Of a DNA stretch of 64,000 nucleotides, positions 53,001 to 63,700 are shown one piece after another (positions within the stretch are counted from its first letter, which is position 1; each line of letters begins with the position of its first letter). Source of the DNA: the human T2T-CHM13v2.0 reference genome, Homo sapiens; the NCBI RefSeq assembly GCF_009914755.1, contig NC_060938.1; one strand, 5' to 3'. Position numbers and translations under genes: made by a program. Below the pieces are notes generated by a model, which was not told the origin of the DNA, ran no database searches, and saw only the letters and a program-made list of their open reading frames with translations.

Positions 53001-54599
53001 GAGGAATAGAAAGGGATAGGACTGAAGAACAGAGGTCGCTGCATTTAGAAAGGAGGCGGGGTTAGAGGAATAGAAAGGGATAGGGCTGAAGAACAGAGGT
53101 CGCTGCATTTAGAAAGGAGGCGGGGTCAGAGGAATAGAAAGGGATAGGGCTGAAGAACACAGGTCGCAGCATTTAGAAAGGAGGCGGGGTCAGAGGAATA
53201 GAAAGGGACAGGGCTGAAGAACACAGGTCGCTGCATTTAGAAAGGAGGCGGGGTCAGAGGAATAGAAAGGGACAGGGCTGAAGAACACAGGTCGCTGCAT
53301 TTAGAAAGGAGGCGGGGTCAGAGGAATAGAAAGGGATAGGCCTGAAGAACAGAGGTCGCTGCATTTAGAAAGGAGGCGGGGTCAGAAGAATAGAAAGGGA
53401 TAGGGATGAAGAACACAGGTCGCTGCATTTAGAAAGGAGGCGGGGTCAGAGGAATAGAAAGGGATAGGCCTGAAGAACAGAGGTCGCTGCATTTAGAAAG
53501 GAGGCGGGGTCAGAGGAATAGAAAGGGATAGGGATGAAGAACAGAGGTCGCTGCATTTAGAAAGGAGGCGGGGTCAGAGGAATAGAAAAGGTCAGGTCTG
53601 AAGAACAGAGGTCGCTGCATTTAGAAAGGAGGCGGGGTCAGAGGAATAGAAAGGGACAGGGCTGAAGAACACAGGTCGCTGCATTTAGAAAGGAGGCGGG
53701 GTCAGAGGAATAGAAAGGGATAGGGCTGAAGAACACAGGTCGCTGCATTTAGAAAGGAGGCGGGGTCAGAGGAATAGAAAGGGATAGGGCTGAAGAACAC
53801 AGGTCGCTGCATTTAGAAAGGAGGCGGGGTCAGAGGAATAGAAAGGGATAGGGCTGAAGAACACAGGTCGCTGCATTTAGAAAGGAGGCGGGGTTAGAGG
53901 AATAGAAAGGGACAGGGCTGAAGAACACAGGTCGCTGCATTTAGAAAGGAGGCGGGGTCAGAGGAATAGAAAGGGACAGGGCTGAAGAACAGAGGTCGCT
54001 GCATTTAGAAAGGAGGCGGGGTCAGAGGAATAGAAAGGGATAGGACTGAAGAACACAGGTCGCTGCATTTAGAAAGGAGGCGGGGTTAGAGGAATAGAAA
54101 GGGATAGGGCTGAAGAACACAGGTCGCTGCATTTAGAAAGGAGGCGGGGTCAGAGGAATAGAAAGGGATAGGACTGAAGAACACAGGTCGCTGCATTTAG
54201 AAAGGAGGCGGGGTCAGAGGAATAGAAAGGGATAGGGCTGAAGAACACAGGTCGCTGCATTTAGAAAGGAGGCGGGGTCAGAGGAATAGAAAGGGATAGG
54301 CCTGAAGAACACAGGTCGCTGCATTTAGAAAGGAGGCGGGGTCACAGGAATAGAAAGGGATAGGGCTGAAGAACAGAGGTCGCTGCATTTAGAAAGGAGG
54401 CGGGGTCAGAGGAATAGAAAGGGACAGGGCTGAAGAACACAGGTCGCTGCATTTAGAAAGGAGTCGGGGTCAGAGGAATAGAAAGGGATAGGGCTGAAGA
54501 AAACAGGTCGCTGCATTTAGAAAGGAGGCGGGGTCAGAGGAATAGAAAGGGACAGGGCTGAAGAACAGAGGTCGCTGCATTTAGAAAGGAGGCGGGGTC

Positions 54600-57500
54600 A
54601 GAGGAATAGAAAGGGATAGGACTGAAGAACACAGGTCGCTGCATTTAGAAAGGAGGCGGGGTTAGAGGAATAGAAAGGGATAGGGCTGAAGAACACAGGT
54701 CGCTGCATTTAGAAAGGAGGCGGGGTCAGAGGAATAGAAAGGGATAGGACTGAAGAACACAGGTCGCTGCATTTAGAAAGGAGGCGGGGTCAGAGGAATA
54801 GAAAGGGATAGGGCTGAAGAACACAGGTCGCTGCATTTAGAAAGGAGGCGGGGTCAGAGGAATAGAAAGGGATAGGCCTGAAGAACACAGGTCGCTGCAT
54901 TTAGAAAGGAGGCGGGGTCAGAGGAATAGAAAGGGATAGGGCTGAAGAACAGAGGTCGCTGCATTTAGAAAGGAGGCGGGGTCAGAGGAATAGAAAGGGA
55001 CAGGGCTGAAGAACACAGGTCGCTGCATTTAGAAAGGAGTCGGGGTCAGAGGAATAGAAAGGGATAGGGCTGAAGAACACAGGTCGCTGCATTTAGAAAG
55101 GAGGCGGGGTCAGAGGAATAGAAAGGGACAGGGCTGAAGAACACAGGTCGCTGCATTTAGAAAGGAGGCGGGGTCAGAGGAATAGAAAGGGACAGGGCTG
55201 AAGAACACAGGTCGCTGCATTTAGAAAGGAGGCGGGGTCAGAGGAATAGAAAGGGATAGGGCTGAAGAACACAGGTCGCTGCATTTAGAAAGGAGGCGGG
55301 GTCAGAGGAATAGAAAGGGATAGGGCTGAAGAACACAGGTCGCTGCATTTAGAAAGGAGGCGGGGTCAGAGGAATAGAAAGGGATAGGGCTGAAGAACAG
55401 AGGTCGCTGCATTTAGAAAGGAGGCGGGGTCAGAGGAATAGAAAGGGATAGGGCTGAAGAACAGAGGTCGCTGCATTTAGAAAGGAGGCGGGGTCAGAGG
55501 AATAGAAAGGGATAGGCCTGAAGAACAGAGGTCGCTGCATTTAGAAAGGAGGCGGGGTCAGAGGAATAGAAAGGGATAGGGCTGAAGAACACAGGTCGCA
55601 GCATTTAGAAAGGAGGCGGGATCAGAGGAATAGAAAGGGATAGGCCTGAAGAAGAGAGGTCGCTGCATTTAGAAAGGAGGCGGGGTCAGAGGAATAGAAA
55701 GGGACAGGGCTGAAGAACACAGGTCGCTGCATTTAGAAAGGAGGCGGGGTCAGAGGAATAGAAAGGGACAGGGCTGAAGAACACAGGTCGCTGCATTTAG
55801 AAAAGAGGCGGGGTCAGAGGAATAGAAAGGGACAGGGCTGAAGAACACAGGTCGCTGCATTTAGAAAGGAGGCGGGGTCAGAGGAATAGAAAGGGATAGG
55901 GCTGAAGAACACAGGTCGCTGCATTTAGAAAGGAGGCGGGGTCAGAGGAATAGAAAGGGATAGGGCTGAAGAACAGAGGTCGCTGCATTTAGAAAGGAGG
56001 CGGGGTCAGAGGAATAGAAAGGGACAGGGCTGAAGAACACAGGTCGCTGCATTTAGAAAGGAGGCGGGGTCAGAGGAATAGAAAGGGATAGGGCTGAAGA
56101 ACACAGGTCGCTGCATTTAGAAAGGAGGCGGGGTCAGAGGAATAGAAACGGATAGGGCTGAAGAACAGAGGTCGCTGCATTTAGAAAGGAGGCGGGGTCA
56201 GAGGAATAGAAAGGGATAGGGCTGAAGAACACAGGTCGCTGCATTTAGAAAGGAGGCGGGGTCAGAGGAATAGAAAGGGATAGGGCTGAAGAACACAGGT
56301 CGCTGCATTTAGAAAGGAGGCGGGGTCAGAGGAATAGAAACGGATAGGGCTGAAGAACAGAGGTCGCTGCATTTAGAAAGGAGGCGGGGTCAGAGGAATA
56401 GAAAGGGATAGGGCTGAAGAACACAGGTCGCTGCATTTAGAAAGGAGGCGGGGTCAGAGGAATAGAAAGGGACAGGGCTGAAGAACACAGGTCGCTGCAT
56501 TTAGAAAGGAGGCGGGGTCAGAGGAATAGAAAGGGACAGGACTGAAGAACACAGGTCGCTGCATTTAGAAAGGAGGCGGGGTCAGAGGAATAGAAAGGGA
56601 CAGGGCTGAAGAACAGAGGTCGCTGCATTTAGAAAGGAGGCGGGGTCAGAGGAATAGAAAGGGACAGGACAGAAGAACACAGGTCGCTGCATTTAGAAAG
56701 GAGGCGGGGTCAGAGGAATAGAAAGGGATAGGGCTGAAGAACAGAGGTCGCTGCATTTAGAAAGGAGGCGGGGTCAGAGGAATAGAAAGGGACAGGGCTG
56801 AAGAACAGAGGTCGCTGCATTTAGAAAGGAGGCGGGGTCAGAGGAATAGAAAGGGATAGGCCTGAAGAACAGAGGTCGCTGCATTTAGAAAGGAGGCGGG
56901 GTCAGAGGAATAGAAAGGGATAGGGATGAAGAACACAGGTCGCTGCATTTAGAAAGGAGGCGGGGTCAGAGGAATAGAAAGGGATAGGCCTGAAGAACAG
57001 AGGTCGCTGCATTTAGAAAGGAGGCGGGGTCAGAGGAATAGAAAGGGATAGGGATGAAGAACAGAGGTCGCTGCATTTAGAAAGGAGGCGGGGTCAGAGG
57101 AATAGAAAGGGTCAGGCCTGAAGAACAGAGGTCGCTGCATTTAGAAAGGAGGCGGGGTCAGAGGAATAGAAAGGGACAGGGCTGAAGAACACAGGTCGCT
57201 GCATTTAGAAAGGAGGCGGGGTCAGAGGAATAGAAAGGGATAGGGCTGAAGAACACAGGTCGCTGCATTTAGAAAGGAGGCGGGGTCAGAGGAATAGAAA
57301 GGGATAGGGCTGAAGAACACAGGTCGCTGCATTTAGAAAGGAGGCGGGGTCAGAGGAATAGAAAGGGATAGGGCTGAAGAACACAGGTCGCTGCATTTAG
57401 AAAGGAGGCGGGGTTAGAGGAATAGAAAGGGACAGGGCTGAAGAACACAGGTCGCTGCATTTAGAAAGGAGGCGGGGTCAGAGGAATAGAAAGGGACAGG

Positions 57501-57700
57501 GCTGAAGAACACAGGTCGCTGCATTTAGAAAGGAGGCGGGGTCAGAGGAATAGAAAGGGACAGGGCTGAAGAACACAGGTCGCTGCATTTAGAAAGGAGG
57601 CGGGGTCAGAGGAATAGAAAGGGATAGGACTGAAGAACAGAGGTCGCTGCATTTAGAAAGGAGGCGGGGTCAGAGGAATAGAAAGGGACAGGGCTGAAGA
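54600..57700 (+). repeat. Long-range copy of the 35-38 kb segment (about 19.45-kb offset)
   Basis: GGGATCAG at 36169/55621, AAAAGAGG at 36352/55804 and AAACGG at 36697/56149 are all 19452 bp apart. The pair 37596/57112 is 19516 bp apart (one extra monomer). Confidence 0.82.
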
Positions 57701-60700
57701 ACACAGGTCGCTGCATTTAGAAAGGAGGCGGGGTCAGAGGAATAGAAAGGGACAGGGCTGAAGAACAGAGGTCGCTGCATTTAGAAAGGAGGCGGGGTCA
57801 GAGGAATAGAAAGGGACAGGGCTGAAGAACAGAGGTCGCTGCATTTAGAAAGGAGGCAGGGTCAGAGGAATAGAAAGGGACAGGACAGAAGAACACAGGT
57901 CGCTGCATTTTGAAAGGAGGCGGGGTCAGAGGAATAGAAAGGGATAGGGCTGAAGAACAGAGGTCGCTGCATTTAGAAAGGAGGCGGGGTCAGAGGAATA
58001 GAAATGGACAGGGCTGAAGAACAGAGGTCGCTGCATTTAGAAAGGAGGCGGGGTCAGAGGAATAGAAAGGGATAGGGCTGAAGAACAGAGGTCGCTGCAT
58101 TTAGAAAGGAGGCGGGGTCAGAGGAATAGAAAGGGACAGGGCTGAAGAACACAGGTCGCTGCATTTAGAAAGGAGGCGGGGTCAGAGGAATAGAAAGGGA
58201 TAGGCCTGAAGAACACAGGTCGCTGCATTTAGAAAGGAGGCGGGGTCAGAGGAATAGAAAGGGATAGGGCTGAAGAACAGAGGTCGCTGCATTTAGAAAG
58301 GAGGCGGGGTCAGAGGAATAGAAAGGGACAGGGCTGAAGAACACAGGTCGCTGCATTTAGAAAGGAGGCGGGGTCAGAGGAATAGAAAGGGATAGGGCTG
58401 AAGAACACAGGTCGCTGCATTTAGAAAGGAGGCGGGGTCAGAGGAATAGAAAGGGACAGGGCTGAAGAACAGAGGTCGCTGCATTTAGAAAGGAGGCGGG
58501 GTCAGAGGAATAGAAAGGGACAGGGCTGAAGAACACAGGTCGCTGCATTTAGAAAGGAGGCGGGGTCAGAGGAATAGAAAGGGATAGGACTGAAGAACAG
58601 AGGTCGCTGCATTTAGAAAGGAGGCGGGGTCAGAGGAATAGAAAGGGATAGGGCTGAAGAACAGAGGTCGCTGCATTTAGAAAGGAGGCGGGGTCAGAGG
58701 AATAGAAAGGGATAGGCCTGAAGAACAGAGGTCGCTGCATTTAGAAAGGAGGCGGGGTCAGAGGAATAGAAAGGGATAGGGCTGAAGAACACAGGTCGCA
58801 GCATTTAGAAAGGAGGCGGGGTCAGAGGAATAGAAAGGGACAGGGCTGAAGAACACAGGTCGCTGCATTTAGAAAGGAGGCGGGGTCAGAGGAATAGAAA
58901 GGGACAGGGCTGAAGAACACAGGTCGCTGCATTTAGAAAGGAGGCGGGGTCAGAGGAATAGAAAGGGATAGGCCTGAAGAACAGAGGTCGCTGCATTTAG
59001 AAAGGAGGCGGGGTCAGAGGAATAGAAAGGGATAGGGATGAAGAACACAGGTCGCTGCATTTAGAAAGGAGGCGGGGTCAGAGGAATAGAAAGGGATAGG
59101 CCTGAAGAACAGAGGTCGCTGCATTTAGAAAGGAGGCGGGGTCAGAGGAATAGAAAGGGATAGGGATGAAGAACAGAGGTCGCTGCATTTAGAAAGGAGG
59201 CGGGGTCAGAGGAATAGAAAGGGTCAAGTCTGAAGAACAGAGGTCGCTGCATTTAGAAAGGAGGCGGGGTCAGAGGAATAGAAAGGGATAGGGCTGAAGA
59301 ACACAGGTCGCTGCATTTAGAAAGGAGGCGGGGTCAGAGGAATAGAAAGGGATAGGGCTGAAGAACACAGGTCGCTGCATTTAGAAAGGAGGCGGGGTCA
59401 GAGGAATAGAAAGGGATAGGGCTGAAGAACACAGGTAGCTGCATTTAGAAAGGAGGCGGGGTCAGAGGAATAGAAAGGGATAGGGCTGAAGAACACAGGT
59501 CGCTGCATTTAGAAAGGAGGCGGGGTTAGAGGAATAGAAAGGGACAGGGCTGAAGAACACAGGTCGCTGCATTTAGAAAGGAGGCGGGGTCAGAGGAATA
59601 GAAAGGGACAGGGCTGAGGAACACAGGTCGCTGCATTTAGAAAGGAGGCGGGGTCAGAGGAATAGAAAGGGACAGGGCTGAAGAACACAGGTCGCTGCAT
59701 TTAGAAAGGAGGCGGGGTCAGAGGAATAGAAAGGGATAGGACTGAAGAACAGAGTTCGCTGCATTTAGAAAGGAGGCGGGGTCAGAAGAATAGAAAGGGA
59801 CAGGGCTGAAGAACACAGGTCGCTGCATTTAGAAAGGAGGCGGGGTCAGAGGAATAGAAAGGGACAGGGCTGAAGAACACAGGTCGCTGCCTTTAGAAAG
59901 GAGGCGGGGTCAGAGGAATAGAAAGGGACAGGACTGAAGAACACAGGTCGCTGCATTTAGAAAGGAGGCGGGGTCAGAGGAATAGAAAGGGACAGGGCTG
60001 AAGAACAGAGGTCGCTGCATTTAGAAAGGAGGCGGGGTCAGAGGAATAGAAAGGGACAGGGCTGAAGAACAGAGGTCGCTGCATTTAGAAAGGAGGCGGG
60101 GTCAGAGGAATAGAAAGGGACAGGGCTGAAGAACAGAGGTCGCTGCATTTAGAAAGGAGGCGGGGTCAGAGGAATAGAAAGGGACAGGGCTGAAGAACAC
60201 AGGTCACTGCATTTAGAAAGGAGGCGGGGTCAGAGGAATAGAAAGGGACAGGGCTGAAGAACACAGGTCGCTGCATTTAGAAAGGAGGCGGGGTCAGAGG
60301 AATAGAAAGGGACAGGGCTGAAGAACACAGGTCGCTGCATTTAGAAAGGAGGCGGGGTCAGAGGAATAGAAAGGGACAGGGCTGAAGAACACAGGTCGCT
60401 GCATTTAGAAAGGAGGCGGGGTCAGAGGAATAGAAAGGGATGGGGCTGAAGAACAGAGGTCGCTGCATTTAGAAAGGAGGCGGGGTCAGTAGAATAGAAA
60501 GGGACAGGACAGAAGAACACAGGTCGCTGCATTTAGAAAGGAGACGGGGTCAGAGGAATAGAAAGGGACAGGGCTGAAGAACACAGGTCGCTGCATTTAG
60601 AAAGGAGGCGGGGTCAGAGGAATAGAAAGGGATAGGGCTGAAGAACACAGGTCGCTGCATTTAGAAAGGAGGCGGGGTCAGAGGAATAGAAAGGGACAGG

Positions 60701-63700
60701 GCTGAAGAACAGAGGTGGCTGCATTTAGAAAGGAGGCGGGGTCAGAGGAATAGAAAGGGACGGGGCTGAAGAACAGAGGTCGCTGCATTTAGAAAGGAGG
60801 CGGGGTCAGAGGAATAGAAAGGGACGGGGCTGAAGAACACAGGTCGCTGCATTTAGAAAGGAGGCGGGGTCAGAGGAATAGAAAGGGATAGGGCTGAAGA
60901 ACAGAGGTCGCTGCATTTAGAAAGGAGGCGGGGTCAGAGGAATAGAAAGGGATAGGCCTGAAGAACAGAGGTCGCTGCATTTAGAAAGGAGGCGGGGTCA
61001 GAGGAATAGAAAGGGATAGGGATGAAGAACACAGGTCGCTGCATTTAGAAAGGAGGCGGGGTCAGAGGAATAGAAAGGGATAGGCCTGAAGAACAGAGGT
61101 CGCTGCATTTAGAAAGGAGGCGGGGTCAGAGGAATAGAAAGGGATAGGGATGAAGAACAGAGGTCGCTGCATTTAGAAAGGAGGCGGGGTCAGAGGAATA
61201 GAAAGGGTCAGGCCTGAAGAACAGAGGTCGCTGCATTTAGAAAGGATGCGGGGTCAGAGGAATAGAAAGGGACAGGACTGAAGAACACAGGTCGCTGCAT
61301 TTAGAAAGGAGGCGGGGTCAGAGGAATAGAAAGGGATAGGGCTGAAGAACACAGGTCGCTGCATTTAGAAAGGAGGCGGGGTCAGAGGAATAGAAAGGGA
61401 TAGGGCTGAAGAACACAGGTCGCTTCATTTAGAAAGGAGGCGGGGTCAGAGGAATAGAAAGGGATAGGGCTGAAGAACACAGGTCGCTGCATTTAGAAAG
61501 GAGGCGGGGTTAGAGGAATAGAAAGGGACAGGGCTGAAGAACACAGGTCGCTGCATTTAGAAAGGAGGCGGGGTCAGAGGAATAGAAAGGGACAGGGCTG
61601 AAGAACACAGGTCGCTGCATTTAGAAAGGAGGCGGGGTCAGAGGAATAGAAAGGGACAGGGCTGAAGAACACAGGTCGCTGCATTTAGAAAGGAGGCGGG
61701 GTCAGAGGAATAGAAAGGGATAGGACTGAAGAACAGAGGTCGCTGCATTTAGAAAGGAGGCGGGGTCAGAGGAATAGAAAGGGATAGGGATGAAGAACAC
61801 AGGTCGCTGCATTTAGAAAGGAGGCGGGGTTAGAGGAATAGAAAGGGATAGGCCTGAAGAACACAGGTCGCTGCATTTAGAAAGGAGGGGGGTCAGAGGA
61901 ATAGAAAGGGACAGGGCTGAAGAACAGAGGTCGCTGCATTTAGAAAGGAGGCGGGGTCAGAGGAATAGAAAGGGACAGGGCTGAAGAACAGAGGTCGCTG
62001 CATTTAGAAAGGAGGCGGGGTCAGAGGAATAGAAAGGGACAGGGCTGAAGAACAGAGGTCGCTGCATTTAGAAAGGAGGCGGGGTCAGAGGAATAGAAAG
62101 GGACAGGACAGAAGAACACAGGTCGCTGCATTTAGAAAGGAGGCGGGGTCAGAGGAATAGAAAGGGATAGGGCTGAAGAACAGAGGTCGCTGCATTTAGA
62201 AAGGAGGCGGGGTCAGAGGAATAGAAATGGACAGGGCTGAAGAACAGAGGTCGCTGCATTTAGAAAGGAGGCGGGGTCAGAGGAATAGAAAGGGATAGGC
62301 CTGAAGAACACAGGTCGCTGCATTTAGAAAGGAGGCGGGGTCAGAGGAATAGAAAGGGATAGGGCTGAAGAACAGAGGTCGCTGCATTTAGAAAGGAGGC
62401 GGGGTCAGAGGAATAGAAAGGGATAGGGCTGAAGAACACAGGTCGCTGCATTTAGAAAGGAGTCGGGGTCAGAGGAATAGAAAGGGATAGGACTGAAGAA
62501 CACAGGTCGCTGCATTTAGAAAGGAGTCGGGGTCAGAGGAATAGAAAGGGATAGGACTGAAGAACACAGGTCGCTGCATTTAGAAAGGAGGCGGGGTCAG
62601 AGGAATAGAAAGGGACAGGACTGAAGAACACAGGTCGCTGCATTTAGAAAGGAGTCGGGGTCAGAGGAATAGAAAGGGATAGGACTGAAGAACACAGGTC
62701 GCTGCATTTAGAAAGGAGGCGGGGTCAGAGGAATAGAAAGGGATAGGGCTGAAGAACACAGGTCGCTGCATTTAGAAAGGAGGCGGGGTCAGAGGAATAG
62801 AAAGGGATAGGCCTGAAGAACACAGGTCGCTGCATTTAGAAAGGAGGCGGGGTCAGAGGAATAGAAAGGGATAGGGCTGAAGAACAGAGGTCGCTGCATT
62901 TAGAAAGGAGGCGGGGTCAGAGGAATAGAAAGGGACAGGGCTGAAGAACAGAGGTCGCTGCATTTAGAAAGGAGGCGGGGTCAGAGGAATAGAAAGGGAC
63001 AGGACAGAAGAACACAGGTCGCTGCATTTAGAAAGGAGGCGGGGTCAGAGGAATAGAAAGGGATAGGGCTGAAGAACAGAGGTCGCTGCATTTAGAAAGG
63101 AGGCGGGGTCAGAGGAATAGAAATGGACAGGGCTGAAGAACAGAGGTCGCTGCATTTAGAAAGGAGGCGGGGTCAGAGGAATAGAAAGGGATAGGCCTGA
63201 AGAACACAGGTCGCTGCATTTAGAAAGGAGGCGGGGTCAGAGGAATAGAAAGGGATAGGGCTGAAGAACAGAGGTCGCTGCATTTAGAAAGGAGGCGGGG
63301 TCAGAGGAATAGAAAGGGACAGGGCTGAAGAACACAGGTCGCTGCATTTAGAAAGGAGTCGGGGTCAGAGGAATAGAAAGGGATAGGACTGAAGAACACA
63401 GGTCGCTGCATTTAGAAAGGAGGCGGGGTCAGAGGAATAGAAAGGGATAGGGCTGAAGAACACAGGTCGCTGCATTTAGAAAGGAGGCGGGGTCAGAGGA
63501 ATAGAAAGGGATAGGCCTGAAGAACACAGGTCGCTGCATTTAGAAAGGAGGCGGGGTCAGAGGAATAGAAAGGGATAGGGCTGAAGAACAGAGGTCGCTG
63601 CATTTAGAAAGGAGGCGGGGTCAGAGGAATAGAAAGGGACAGGGCTGAAGAACACAGGTCGCTGCATTTAGAAAGGAGGCGGGGTCAGAGGAATAGAAAG

